DNA of 63,519 nucleotides, filler included, from Choristocarpus tenellus KU-1152 (Eukaryota; Protista; Phaeophyceae): the NCBI GenBank assembly GCA_964200185.2. It is 13 parts of 13 records of this genome, joined end to end, with 100 filler letters (N's around TTAATTAATTAA, not from the genome) between each part and the next. Parts side by side here need not be neighbours in the genome. Positions count along the whole stretch, not along the records: positions 24,263 to 29,967 come from CAXNAD020009958.1; positions 30,068 to 35,817 come from CAXNAD020009849.1; positions 35,918 to 38,481 come from CAXNAD020026732.1; 10 more parts are not named here. One strand, 5' to 3'. Position 1 is the stretch's first letter. Each line of letters opens with the position of its first letter. Made by a program: the position numbers and the translations under genes. The notes under the pieces are model-generated. The model was not told where the DNA came from. It searched no databases and saw nothing but the letters and a program-made list of their open reading frames with translations. Positions 24,612-37,905 of this stretch are shown one piece after another.

Positions 24612-27600
24612 GTGCTATCTATGGAGAACCTTCAGAGGCAGCTCGAGAGGCAATTCAGTTTGATGGAACATATTCAAAAGGCACTTGGAGACTACCTTGA
24701 GGGTCAGAGACAGGTGTGTTAGTATCTTACTTGCTGCTGCATTCATTCACAAGTGTGTGCCGAAGGACTCCCTGATGACTCCCTGAAAGATCACAGCTTG
24801 CTGTGGAGGTACACCAACATTCCCTACATCTCAGTTTGTTTCCCCAAATTTTTTAAAAATAAGAAAATGATCGTTACATCATAGATCTGTAACTTGAAGG
24901 TAGAATGACTCTTGATCGTTTTTCGATGACCGCATTAGGACCGTTTTTTTTTTTTTTTTTTTTTAAATTATAAACTAAAAAATATATATTTTTTATGGGT
25001 GTGCTCTCGGTACAGAATCAGAACTGATTCTTGAAGGAAGGTATCCACACACACACAGACACACACACACACAGACACACACACACACACACATACGCAG
25101 ACACAATGCTTTTGATGTATTTGTTTGTTGGTTGTGAACTTTGATGTTTTTGATATTTACTTTCAGTTTTGACACAAACAAACACACTCCCACAGAGATA
25201 GAAGAAAATGACTTGCGTGCTTCTGATTGGTTACTTCAGGTTTTCAGTCGTTTCTACTTTGTCGGTGATGAGGACCTTCTAGAGATTGTTGGAAATTCTA
25301 ATGAGCCTGCCAAGGTGGTGCAACACCTCGGAAAGATGTTTGCGTCAGTTGGGGCCCTGGGCATGACGGCGGGTGAGATGTAACATTGGCATGGTGGGAG
25401 GGAGTGGGTGATGTTCTAAGGAGATTGGATGTACTGTCTTTGGTTTGATGTGATAGGTTGGATTGTGTGCGATCCCTATTGGTTTACCACTGTGTCGCCA
25501 AGAATAGATGAAACTGCGATGAGTAGGATTGTATACAATCCTATTGGTTTATTTTGATGGCAAGACTTGATTATATGCAATCTATTATTGGTTTATTTCG
25601 ATGGCAAGACTTTATTGTACGCAATCCCATTGGTTTATTTTGATGGCAAGACTTGATTATATGCAATCTATTATTGGTTTATTTCGATGGCAAGACTTTA
25701 TTGTACGCAATCCCATTGGTTTATTGTGATGACAAGACTTGATTGTGTGCAATCCCATTGGTTTATTGTGATGACAAGACTTGATTGTGTGCAATCCCAT
25801 TGGTTTATTGCGATGACAGGACTTGGTTGTGTGCAATCCTATTGGTTCAATGCGACTGAAGGGCATTCCGGAAAAATTTAGTATATATATAGATATATAT
25901 ATTTCTGCTTGATTTCTGTGAATGCGCACAGTGTGTATTTGTAACTTTCCTTTTCCTTATTTTTATTTTTATTTTTTATTTTTTATCTTCTTTTTTTAGC
26001 GGATGCTGGTCCGATCTTGGCATTGTCCATGTTTTCAAAGGACGGGGAAGAGGTTCAGTTGCGAACCCCTGTACAGGTAGGGGTAGGGGGGGTGAAGGAG
26101 TGGCTTGGGTCGCTGGAGAAGGAGATGAGGGGTACGCTGGCCAAAATGCTAAGGGATGCAGTACAGGGCACTGGACAGCTTTCTGACTCGAGTGATGCAG
26201 ATGCTGAGGTGTGTGTGCTATTCCGTTTCTCACTTCCCCCCCCCCCCCCCTCCCCCCCCCCCCCCCCTCCTTTTCTTTTCTTTTCTTTTTTTTCTTGGTC
26301 TTCTTTTTTTTTTTNNNNNNNNNNCCCCCCTCCTCATCCCCCCTTTTGATTTGTGTACTTTTGAGTGCAACTATGAAGTGGAATAATTGTTGTGATTTTT
26401 GTCTTGTCTGTATTACAGAAGCACATGAGTAACGTGCAGCTCCTCGTGCTCAAGGATAGACAATATTGGACAGAGAGGAAAGAGCCTGTCTATATGGTTT
26501 CACCTCCGGATCAGGCGGATTTTTATTTGCTTTCCTAGTTTGGCGGATCTGTGTGTGTGTTTTTTTTTTCTTTTAATAGTTTGCTACTTTTCTTTTTCTA
26601 TGGAGTGGGTAGAACCGTTTTTATTGGGGTACGAATGTGCCATTAATCTGATGTTTTTACTAGTGAAACGTAGTAGGGCTAGAACAGCACTTTTCGATTT
26701 GTTGTTGATTGTTTTGTTTTTATTTTTGTAGTGAGATTGTTGCCCACGTTAATGTTGCTCTCTTATTTTTTGGTGTAAAGAATGTGTTCTAAATTTATGT
26801 GAATTCGAAAAACGATGCTTTTTGTGTGGATTATATTATTATTTTTGTTCTTTTTCGGATTTGTGTTTTGTCTGCATGTATGGTGGGAACCCGTGCTGCG
26901 CCTCCGAGTTCCAATTTTGTATATATTTTTTTATTGCATAAAATTGACAAGGGACAAAAGCGTAGCTACTGTACAAGAGTCAAGGATGAAGTTTTTTGGA
27001 GGTTTCTTCTACAGATGTTATGAGTTTGGCAGTGTCCACCAACTTGAACCAATTGAAATTTTCTTCCCTCTTTGCCATTAGCCGAATTGCTTGCTGTAGC
27101 CTGAGAGGGTGCGTGTGGAAACACTTCACCTTTGTGCGTGTGTGTGTGTGTGTGCATGTGTGTATTCTTGAGCTTGCGGTGAATTTGGTGCATGTCACTC
27201 TTGTTACTTTCTAAGACAGGGCCGAATTCGATCATACGAATTCTGAAATGAGGTTTTCCTGACATTGAAGGCGTTATTCCTGTTCCCGCCTCTGCCTCCA
27301 CCCTCCTGATGATCCCCTGCCCCCCCCCACTGCCAGCTCTTTGTTGGGCTCTGTGATAATTTTCCTGCCCAGATTGTGGCATTGGCTGCGCAAATCTCTT
27401 GGTCGTCCTCAGTACTAGCCGCCCTGCAGAGTAGGACCAAAGTAGGCACTCAGGCAGGGGACCAGGACGCGCTTTCTACTTGTCTGTCTGGTTTGTTTTC
27501 ACGATTGAGGGTTATGTTGAAGAACGTGCTGGGAGAGAGTCCTCCAGCACTGCGCAAGAAGTATGAGCAACTGATCACAGAACTTGTGCGACAGAGGGAC

Positions 27601-29483
27601 TCTACCAGGCGTTTGCAGGTAATGGGCTACGTATCGAAACTCTTGTGAAGTCTTAGTGTGGATTTGCCCGCATGCTTTACAGAGTGTTACTTTGCTGTAA
27701 TGTACTTGTAGGACTAGTGTGTTGTGTGTGTATGTATATGTATATGTATATGTTTATGTATTCCTAACCCAAGCATGGGCTGTTTAACGTTTATGTGTGT
27801 GCAACATATTGTTGGTGTTTTTTGTGTGAACAGGTTTTGCTTGAGATCGATTTATATCATGTCATACGACCGGTCATAAAAATACTCCCTAGTACTAGGC
27901 AGTTGGGTGTTTGCATTGTGTGTGGTTACTCTTCAGTATCCAGCAGCAGTGATTGTATCTGTCTTTCTGACTGTGTTGTGGTGGGTAGATAGATGTCAGA
28001 AGGGTTTGTAGGGACAACGGAGAATGTAATCCATGCGTATCTCCTTATGTTATGTTCTGTTGTGAATAATCACATAATTGACGTCGATTGGTTTTGTTTG
28101 AGATCTGATCGTAATCTAACCTTTTGATAAACATATTTTGTCTTTTCTTGGTTCATTGTGAGTAATTTTGCTGGCTACATTCTCTTGCGTGTGGAACCAA
28201 AGATGTCATGCACTTCTTTCCGAGACAATTTATGATATAGTGTGGGACTTCTCTCGATTCTTAATAGAACAATATTTTCTATGGTGTTCAGCGTATTGGA
28301 AGGCCTGTATCGTTACGTGATATTTACTATTGAATGTTGCTCACTCATATATTGCTGGTGTTACTGTGTGTGGAAACCTTTATCGTAATCAACACAGACT
28401 TGATTGTTGCTCTGTCTGTGATATTGTCTGCTTTGCGTGTCCTTGCTTTCCCCATCACAAGGTTTCTAAAGTGTCAGTCGGTGGCCATGATGATTCTTTC
28501 TCTTAAGTATTTTTGACAAAGGAGATACAGACGTTGATATTGAAAATATCTGATGATACTGTAAGGAACGTCGTGGCCGGGGTAGCTCAGTCGGTAGAGC
28601 GTACGACTCTTAATCGTATGGTCGTGGGTTCGAGCCCCACCTTCGGTGGTTACCTTGCTTTTTTATGTATTATCACAATGGCCGTTCCACCTACGCTGGC
28701 CCACGACGAAATTATTGTTTTGATCCCTTGTTGGTTGGTATTAATATTCATGTTTTTGTGCCGTCCCTAAGTACTACAGAAACTGTATGGACTTTTACGA
28801 AATGGGAACTATGACTTCAAATTTGCGTGGAATTCTTGTTAAAATATAACAATTTTCAATCACGATAGAAAAATGGTGTTTTGTAACGTTTTTGATACCC
28901 CAAAATGTTCTTCTTGTGGAGGAAGAATGGAAATGAGGACAGCATTGCCAATTTATATATCCTGAAGTCACTCCGTGATCGTAGAGCCGGAGTAGCTCAG
29001 TCGGTAGAGCGTACGACTTTTAATCGTATGGTCGTGGGTTCGAGCCCCACTTTCGGGGCAGTTTGCTTTTATACAACTTTTACCGCAAAATGTTCAACCT
29101 TACCTGTTATAGTTTTAGGTTTCGATTTATTTCGATTTAATCGAAATTTACCGATTTAATTGTTACATTTCTCAAGTCTTTTTTGGTGCAAATAGTGTCG
29201 ATCCTATCGAATGTGTATGTGATTGTATCTCGTTATTGATGATCCCATCGTCCTCCCTCTGATTTTGCAATTGTACCAATGCGACACTCCTTACCCTTCA
29301 GGAGTCTGATGATTGTGGACCAGAGTCCTTCAACTGGCTCAGCCAACTGCGATTCGATCTGGACCCTGGCATGGCTGATCCTACTCAGGGACTCACTGTT
29401 CGCATGGCCAATGCTTCATTCCGTTATGGTTTTGAGTACCTCGGGATTGGCGAACGTCTCGTGCAGACGCCTCTCACTGACAG
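24612..29483 (+). CDS. DYNC1H1: Cytoplasmic dynein 1 heavy chain, five internal exons (linker region to start of AAA1)
   Basis: Exons 24612-24713, 25240-25372, 26000-26208, 27337-27618, 29302-29483 are in phase. Motifs [91 protein letters not shown]. Confidence 0.93.
25525..25850. repeat. 39-bp (some 42-bp) minisatellite in a dynein intron
   Basis: About 8 units of TGCAATCCCATTGGTTTATTGTGATGACAAGACTTGATTG-like sequence. Confidence 0.92.
28576..28648 (+). tRNA. tRNA-Lys(CUU): tRNA-Lys (anticodon CTT), intronic
   Basis: 73-nt cloverleaf: D arm TAGCTCAGTCGGTAGAGC, anticodon arm TACGA-CTCTTAA-TCGTA, T arm GTGGG-TTCGAGC-CCCAC; oligo-T terminator just downstream. Confidence 0.93.
28986..29058 (+). 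tRNA. tRNA-Lys(UUU): tRNA-Lys (anticodon TTT), intronic; weak acceptor stem, possibly a pseudogene
   Basis: Same body as the 28576 copy, anticodon loop CTTTTAA; acceptor GCCGGAG/TTTCGGG has a G1.G72 mismatch and two G.U pairs; TTTT downstream. Confidence 0.85.
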
Positions 29484-31737
29484 GTAGTTTTTCTATCTGA
29501 ACTCGGTATGTTTAAAAATTGGACAGCATTTGTAGTGGGATGAATGTTATAATTGAACTTACTACTATGTATGATTTTTGGACAGTTTTATCTTGCATGC
29601 GCTGAACATGCTTCTGGTGCGATAAATTGCAAGAATGCCTTCGACCTCATTAGCAACGTTGTCCTTGTATGAATAGCGTTGACTCTTGATTTCAAGCAAT
29701 GACGAGAGTTGAGGGAGAGGTAGAGGACGTGGTCTGAACGCATTATTGTTTGTAAGTCTCAGGGCGGGCGGTCTTCACACCGCTAGTGACATTTGTTTTG
29801 ATTGCCAAAAGGGAAGGCTTGTCTTCTCTTCTCCCTTTCATAGCAGGACTCTCCCCACCCCCTTCAATACTCAAACCCCCTCGTCCCCCCATACCACTTC
29901 TAACCTTTGTCTCCCACTACACACCGTCAAGAATGCAGTGTAACTGCCACGAAATGGACTACAACTANNNNNNNNNNNNNNNNNNNNNNNNNNNNNNNNN
30001 NNNNNNNNNNNTTAATTAATTAANNNNNNNNNNNNNNNNNNNNNNNNNNNNNNNNNNNNNNNNNNNNGTATATGGCATACGGCAATAACGGTATAATAAC
30101 AGACAAACATGCTTTCCACACATGGATTGTTTTCTTCATTAGTTTATTTGTAGTATTTGTATCATTCATTATCTTTAATTTGTATTGGTTAGTTTGGTAA
30201 TTCGTTGAAAAAGTAATCATCAATCAGATAGATGATATCACGATCACAAAATATAATAGTGCACCACTGTTGGAAGAAACTATCAGCAGTACCCCATAAG
30301 AAATAGTAGTGGTGGCGTAGTAGTATTCTCATCATCATGAGTACATAGGAGGAGGAGAAGGAGGAGGTCAAGGAAGAGGAGTAACAAAATGTTGCAAAAC
30401 ACACCACTCACCAACATCAAGAAAAAGTGGAAAGCTGAACACAGCAACAAGACAACATACAAACAACTAGAACAATCTTCAAGATTGAAGGCAAATTACG
30501 TACAAAAAGTTATCTTGTTCTGCTACGTGTGGCTAGCAACACAACTCAGCTCAACCCAATGACCTTAGGAATGCAGCACAAAATTGTTCTTGACGACAAT
30601 TGAATACACACATAGTTTTGCGACTCAAAAATGTTGGGGTACTTTTTCCTATCAAATTCCTAGTGGCTCATTCTAAAACAATCGACCTTTCTCAATTTTT
30701 GCCATCCAGTGTTCAATGCCCATGTGGATGAACAAAATTGACCCCCTCTGGGTAGCTACGTTTCTGTCATGGGTGATCAGAGCAATATCTCTCATCGTGA
30801 CAATGGGAGGGTCCCGGGGCACCATTGTCGATGTTCACCATCACTGAGACCACCTCTCCCATTTAGTCGCTATATTATACTATAGTGGTACCAGTGTTAC
30901 AGTGCGCCCCCAAAGCTTACATCCAAAGATGTATAGCTCCCATCTACAGGCCTATAGATGATACTGATGCACGTATAGGACTCCTGATGCACAAGCCGTC
31001 TAGTATGCTGGATTTCTCACTTGGATTATCATCAATATCATCGTATAAAAAGGACCTATCTCGGTAGGACCTCATGTTACAGCTATCCCCTGAACTCACC
31101 TCCACAGGGTATGCAACTCAAATCCAACGACCTTAATACGACGCTACGCGGGGGTCCACAGATGATGACCACGTATAGTGTCAGTTGATGCTTCGCTCAG
31201 TCGATGTCTCGCTTTTCGCTTTATCAAAAGAGGGTAAGAATCAAAGAGCTGAGCCGTGTGGTTAACAACTCAGACTTTTATTAACATCATTCACCGTTTT
31301 TCTACAGTCAATGAGTTAAATGACGTCTGTAAACTGCTGAGTAAATACTCCAATCATAAATCTTTATTCTGCAATTTTCAGGAATTGACATCTATTCTGT
31401 AAGGTTATGTATGAGTGTCGAATCCTACTCTGCATCTTCTATCAATTCAAAGTTCCTCTTATATTACGTGTGTATACTGTTCGCGCATTTTGACATGCAG
31501 AAAGAAATGCATGCTATTCGCCTGTAACACCAGTAGCTTCACCCTGTGGGGTTGTCCCGTCATAACGTTTGATATAGGCATTGGATGAAAAAATAAAAGC
31601 ATATTCGTGATGCCCGTCACAATGCCCTTCAGAGAAAGGACTTCATTTATTTCGCCATTTTTTTCTTTTTTTGAAGAAAGAGCGGTCATATTGGGGTTCG
31701 AACCCAGGATTGTAGGTCACCAAGTACAAATATACTG

Positions 31738-32440
31738 TTACTTGATTAAAGTATAGGGTTTAGACTGGAAAAGGGAAAACCTACCCTTTCTTCTTGTGTG
31801 TTCGCGCACCCACTCTTTGACCTCGGGAAGAATGTCCTCGTTGAGGCCCAGAACGAAACGCCTCTCGTCGCGCCCTTGCTCCGACATGTTGATGTGGCCC
31901 TTTGTTAGGAAGTCTCTCTCCCATTTACTCACAGTTTCCGACCTGACCATCGCATATCCTGCTGCCATCTCGAGCGCTGTTTGATAGTCTTTCCCATTAT
32001 TCATACACAGGTACAGGATTCACAGTGTTAAAGACTTTGCTATCACATTTCCTCATTGAGCGCCGGAAATGGGTTACCTTCTTTCAGGATTCAGAGCCCT
32101 TGTAGCCCAACCCTAACACCCTCTTTTTCGTTTCCTCTGCCTTATATAGCTTCCAAACAGCTAGGGCCTGCCGCAACTGTTGACTACTAAGATATTCTAC
32201 ACCCGGTTTTACACTTAGGCATTTCCTGAGTGCAATGGCACGCAGTCGCACTGCTCCCCAACCTTCCCTTCGGCTGGCCACTCTGGTTCTCCCTTTGCCT
32301 GCCGTGAACAGGCTTCCCCACAGACTTCATCACTGTACCACATCTGGTGATGGACTCGCTGTTCTCTTCCTGCTTTCCTGGGGTGGCAGAGACTGCAGAG
32401 TAGTGCTCCGATGTGGTTGAAGATCCAACCACGTTTGAAT
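31738..32440 (-). mobile_element. Decayed coding repeat, probable DNA-transposon transposase N-terminal/HTH region (copy 1)
   Basis: 32036-32432 is homologous to 49787-50557 in opposite orientation. The adjacent ORF TVSKWERDFLTKG..SEQGRDERRFVL..NEDILPEVKEWVREH resembles HTH regions of DDE transposases. Confidence 0.55.
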
Positions 32441-32999
32441 GGTAATGCTTTCAATGCATCTTCTCTCAGTGTCAGTGTCACGACCGCGTGGTGCATTTCG
32501 TGATTCGATCATGCTGCTGTGCCACACCACTCGCACTTTCTCGTCACCTAACATCACACTGAGTCTCACACGGTACTTGTTTTTCCGGACCCTCTCGACA
32601 GGAAGGTTCTGACGGTAGATCCAGAGGGTAGAGCGGCCTCGGCGGCTCTACTTGTCTCACCGTCGTGGTTCATATTGTTGTGTAAGTCACGTGTATGTGT
32701 GCTCACAAAAAGTCTGCAAAAGGCGATAAAAAGAGGAAAATCTTGTTTTTCTTTCTTCTTTTTTTCTGGTGAGGGCCGCACCAGCCAAACTCGGGCAGCG
32801 ACGTATCCCGGACCAGTTTTTTGCAAGGAGTTCAGCGAACCACTTCATTTTTGACCATTTTGAAGTTGTGACCTTCAAAATTGCACCGGAGATATTCCCC
32901 CGGGTTTTTTCATTATTTTATCGGGACATAGTTCCCGTTCACCGAAGTTAGGACATTCATGGATACAAACCTTCAAAAGGTCTAGGCTACTGGTACCAC

Positions 33000-34650
33000 C
33001 TTACCTCCGTGCAATAAGTCTGTTCCACGTTGTCCATAACTTTTGAAGACGATGAAATTCATTTCTGAAAGAAGAGTTGGAATCCTTGACGAATTTCTGG
33101 TTAGGGTTAGCTCTTTTTATTATTATTACTCCCCATCCATCACAATTTTATCACCCACAGGAAAACCCTCCATGTCTACCTCCGGTGTGTTTTCAAGCTC
33201 ACCAGACAACTGCCTCTTCCTTACCCCTCTGTGCTCCACACTGAAGTCATTCCCCCTTTTGCATCTAAGTACTTGATTATACACCACAAAAAGGAGCTGC
33301 CAAGCTCTCTCATGTGTGGTTTCGTCATACTCCTCATACTGTTCTTCATGACCTTCACCACCTCTTCAATGAACCCAAACTGCTCCTCCATCACCCGGCA
33401 TTTCAAAGACCTGAGTAAGCACAGGTCCATGGTATTGAGGTTGGAGGAGTTACATGGCTGCGTCACAAGCCTAATTGACCACCCCTCAGTCTTCCCTAGA
33501 AGATTTCTGAGTTGCCCTTACAGAACGACAACGTGCTTCTCCTGCAACCAAGGCATCTTGGTCTTGATTGCAGGCAGTAACTCCTCTGTGTACCACTTCC
33601 TGTACCACAAATGGTCTAAAGTACAGTCCTGCTCATACATATCCCCCTTTTTATGGTTCTTGCTTGCCCTGTCCGCCGTTTTTGGTGCACACGCACGCCA
33701 AACACCAAACTATCCATCAAAGCTATGAGCCGAATCCGGGGGGGCGTTGATTGCAATGATCATGGCTTTGGGGATAAGACTCTTGCGCTGTACAGTAGGG
33801 GACACTGGAAGGTCGCTGTCATCCTCATGCGGAAATACCCTAACCCTTGCCCCATCAGAGCCATCATGTAAAACCAGGTTTCATCCACATGGATTGTGTT
33901 CACCATGGAGGCGTATACATCACATTTCCGGTTCACTTGATCGCAAACAAAGTCCATTCTCCATACCTTTTGCCACGATTTAAGCTTGGGTTTGATTCAG
34001 CGGCGATTCAGCATGGCCCCCATATCATCCAGCCACCTGTTTATGATGCTTGTGCCATAATTCAACCCCCTGGCGGCCATCTTCAGTGTCACCTGACGCA
34101 CTGGGGATGACCTGTTCTCAGAGTTGATACTATGTATTGTGGCCATCTTGGTCGGTGTGAGCTCTGAAGGCCGCCCACTACTGCTGCTACACCTAGGTCA
34201 AGCGTGTGGCCACGGGTGAGCTGATTGGTGACGTTCTCCCAGAGTCCTTGCATGTCACTACAAACTCCGCTGCGAGGGTTGGTCCAACATGTTGCGGCAG
34301 TTTATTCTCACCAGGGACCATCTCGAAGGTATGCCGCACTGGAAGCACAACCCTGGTATTCAGGGACACTTAGGCGCCCTTCCTATGCGGGGGGGTCGAT
34401 GGGGGGGTTGCCGTGCCGACATTCTTACCCTCGACGTGCCCAGTTCTGGCCTCAAAATCTCCTCAAAAGACCCCTACTTTGACGACTTGAAGCACCTCGA
34501 GTTTATACCTGATGATCCTCGACCCCACCTTCCTGAAAGTTGTGATTGTCAACCCAATTTCATTCTGTGTGGTTGTCGTCCGATTCGGCGCCGTTCTTGC
34601 TCGGCGAGCCAAGATGTTTCGCGGCACAAACTTATGGTACAGAGGTAGTA
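33000..34650 (-). mobile_element. Decayed Tc1/mariner element (plant DD39D-like transposase pseudogene); ends not resolved
   Basis: NTIHVDETWFY, WYTEELLPAIK, TQPCNSSNLNTMDLCLLRSLKCRV in shifting frames; related to 58217-59951. Confidence 0.8.
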
Positions 34651-35219
34651 TATATCAATCACACTTTCTGCAAAGCTGAAACTTGAAGTTTGCAGCAGCA
34701 ACAGTAAGCCAAAACAAATGCGAGGTACCCAGGGTTGCATTTAGAGGATGTTGAAGACAAATATGCAAAATTTGGCTTGTTGTACAAATGCATATAGGAA
34801 CTATCCTGTTTTTTTTTTTTGAGCAATAGAGAAAAGTCAACACCGGCAATATTAGCACTTCATCCTCACAAAGAAGGGTGACCTTGCAGAAGATGAAAAG
34901 AGTGGTATATAATGCAAAGCGCCCAAAACTTGGGAACCTCTCATATCTCTAGCTCAAAACACCAAAGTACTATTTATTTATCCAATCGACCATGTGCTTC
35001 AAATAGTACAACAAAATTGTGCTATTGAGCGCACAGAATATATTAGAACTCTACAGGTACATAGTCCGAAAGATGAGATCATGGACTGGCTGCCGTCCCT
35101 ATAGTAGGAGCTCAAAGTAATTTGAGAGGTAGGGAAGGTTGCAGTTTAGTGATCCCAAGAAATGGCAAAAGCATGCCATTTTGTACGATTTTAAATTGAG
35201 CCTGTGTTGAATTGTAGTG

Positions 35220-35479
35220 GATTCAAAGTATCTTAGAGGGTAGAGTCGCGTCCATTTGGGGACCAAAATCCAAATTTTGCAATTTTGATGTAATTTTGAC
35301 TATTATGCTTGTTAGAAGATGTCAATACCCTTGTTCCGCCCACACCTTTTCATAATGGATACATTTTACCTACTCCGAAACATCTTGGAGTAGGTAAAAT
35401 GTCATTAAAAACCCATGGGAAGTCAAGCTCCAAATGGACAAAAAGGGCAGAAATCGTAACCTCTAAGATACTTTCACTC
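35220..35479 (-). mobile_element. MITE family B, full length
   Basis: GATTCAAAGTATCTTAGAGGG...CCTCTAAGATACTTTCACTC; flanks AGTG/GGTG. Confidence 0.88.
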
Positions 35480-36135
35480 GGTGTCACTTTGTGTGTGGAA
35501 AGGGGGAAAATCAATTTTGTGTACACTATTGTGCACATAAACCAATGAAAAAGAGAATATTGCATAAGAAAATATGGCTTAGAATGCAAAAGGGTCAAAC
35601 TTGCCTACCTCTCAATTGGTTTGGTTCATGAGCATTTATTATTCACTGGTTCCTTTCTCTGGGGTGCGTGTATACATCTATCTATATCTACATCTGTCCC
35701 ATTCGACAGCCTAAAGGGTCAGAGTATCTGGGGGGGGGGGGGGGGGGGGGTTTGGGGGGGGGGGTCGGTTTGGGTGAAACAATTTTTTTTCCCCGAACCT
35801 CTCAACTACGCAACAGANNNNNNNNNNNNNNNNNNNNNNNNNNNNNNNNNNNNNNNNNNNNTTAATTAATTAANNNNNNNNNNNNNNNNNNNNNNNNNNN
35901 NNNNNNNNNNNNNNNNNTTTTGGTGTGGGTTGGGTGGGGGGGGGGGTGGGGGGGGGTTGGGAGGGGTGGGAAGGGGGTCACGTTGTGATTCCGGAAGAGT
36001 ATGCCTGAATCAGAGACAGAAAGCTCAGTCTTGAGCAACACCAGCAACACAGCACAAAAATGTCACGCTGCTAGGTGCCGGGACAATCCTAACCCTTACC
36101 CTAACCCTTACAGTAGGACGCAGAGATTTACTCGC

Positions 36136-37477
36136 CTGTGTCATCCTGTCAAAGTTGACATGGAAGGCGGTGCCTTGGGTTCTGTTCGCAGCTGTGTTTG
36201 CAACAATGCCGCACATGCGCAACCTTTGGGGACTACGGAATGCCGTTTCAATCTGAAAATAAACAATTCCCCAAAAGGGAAGCAGGGGTGGAGGTTGGGG
36301 TGGGGGTAGGTATGTCTTCATTGGTGTTCGTATGTAGAGAAGCATTGTGGAAATGGTAGAAATTACGCACAGTAGAGGTCGTTTTTCCGGAACAGTTACT
36401 ACTGTTGCAGGTACAGAGCTCTAACGAAAAACAAAAGGTGATGAATCAGGGTGATGGTGAAACAATTAACGAATGATGTTTGTAAGATAATAAAAAAAAG
36501 AGACAAATGAACCTTAAGTTAAGAGCAGGTCTCTCGCATCACCCCCATCAAGTACCACTCCACTGTACCGTCAATCCATGATTCCCAAGTAACCAGCTAG
36601 CAAATGTGAGGTACGTCAAGAGGGTGTCCTGTTATTCAGTTTCGGAATGAGATTTCAATTTGAACCGGACGTGGATCTTTCATCCCCTCACCTCCACACA
36701 CAATTTTCCAGAGGAATGGAGGGTTTCCCGACCTAAAGTTTTACAGATCAACCCAGGCACACTACCCTGGGGTTGAAACGATGTTGTGGGAATAACAGAT
36801 CTTTGTGTAAATATTTTTCTAGGTTTTAGTCATCAGATATTTTACACACACAAGGCCTTTCCTTTGCAGGCCATCCATGCAATGATCTCGTTTATAATCT
36901 CATGAACTCCGAGGTAATGCAATGAGCAGCATGAGGTGGAGAAAGGCTACACACACCCCTCCGACGCATTCTACACACGCAACCTAACTAACTCATGCAT
37001 CTGTTCGTATTCTTGATGTTGGTTATGAGGGGATTATGGCAACAATACGATCCTTTGATCAACCTAGTCGATAACGCCCCCCACTCACAGTTATCAGGCT
37101 TAGAGCACCTAGCACCTTGCTAATCGTACACATTCACTCGCAAAGCAACATAGTTCACAACAAATTAGGGAAATACGAAAGACAAAACAAGAAAATTCCC
37201 AGCCTACGACTCGGGCACTGTACCTGAGCCACGTTGCGGGCATCGTAGGTTACCCATCTCCGGAGTGGTAGGATGAGGGGCGAAAGAATTGGCAAGGGGT
37301 GGATACAATAGTTAGTCATTCCATGCTAGTTAAGATTAAGCTGAGGTAGGGAACAGTAGGAAGTTTGGAAGCACCTAACACAAGATCCTCACCGTGAGCT
37401 GGTATGCAGGGATTACGAAGTCTCTTGGTTGTCCAAACACGACAGAACTCCAGGTACGGTTGACACACACAAACACG

Positions 37478-37517
<40 letters not shown>

Positions 37518-37905
37518 CATATACATCATTGTGGCAGGTAAACGGGGGTGCATTCAATGAGAGATAATCCCACCCATTGAAAGAAAATTCAAAACCTAAA
37601 CCACAACTATTGTTTCATAAACATTTTAAAGGTTGACGTAATGATCAATCAGGACAGGGAGAGAGGTAGGATATTGAAAAGATTCCAGTAGACGAAATGG
37701 TGACATACTGGCCGTACCAAGAGGAATTGACAAAATCAAGAAGGTATGAAGTAAATCAAGGGACTGGGAAGCCTGGACATCAGGTCTTCAAAAGGAAAAA
37801 GGTATCATTAAACCAATTTGTAGGCGAACGCGTCACACCTATTTCCATCATCCAACCACTGCCACATGATCACCGGCTGCTGTTGGACATACGATGTCGT
37901 AGAAA
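36136..37905 (-). CDS. WWE-domain protein, three internal exons (PARP or Deltex/RNF146-type context unknown)
   Basis: Exons 37839-37905, 37224-37257, 36136-36252 splice to VIMWQWLDDGNR|WVTYDARNVAQ|IETAF...FHVNFDRMTQ, matching the W-W-E and 'VDF..M.Q' pattern. Confidence 0.8.

Noticed and set aside
25525-25850. CRISPR-like array, or repeat proteins from ORFs 25657-25929 and 25687-25881
   Set aside because: Units are contiguous with no unique spacers, there are no cas genes, and it lies in a dynein intron.
6925-29058. Apparent tRNA-biology cluster (TRM6 plus tRNA-Lys genes)
   Set aside because: They lie on different contigs separated by two linkers; proximity is not evidence of linkage.
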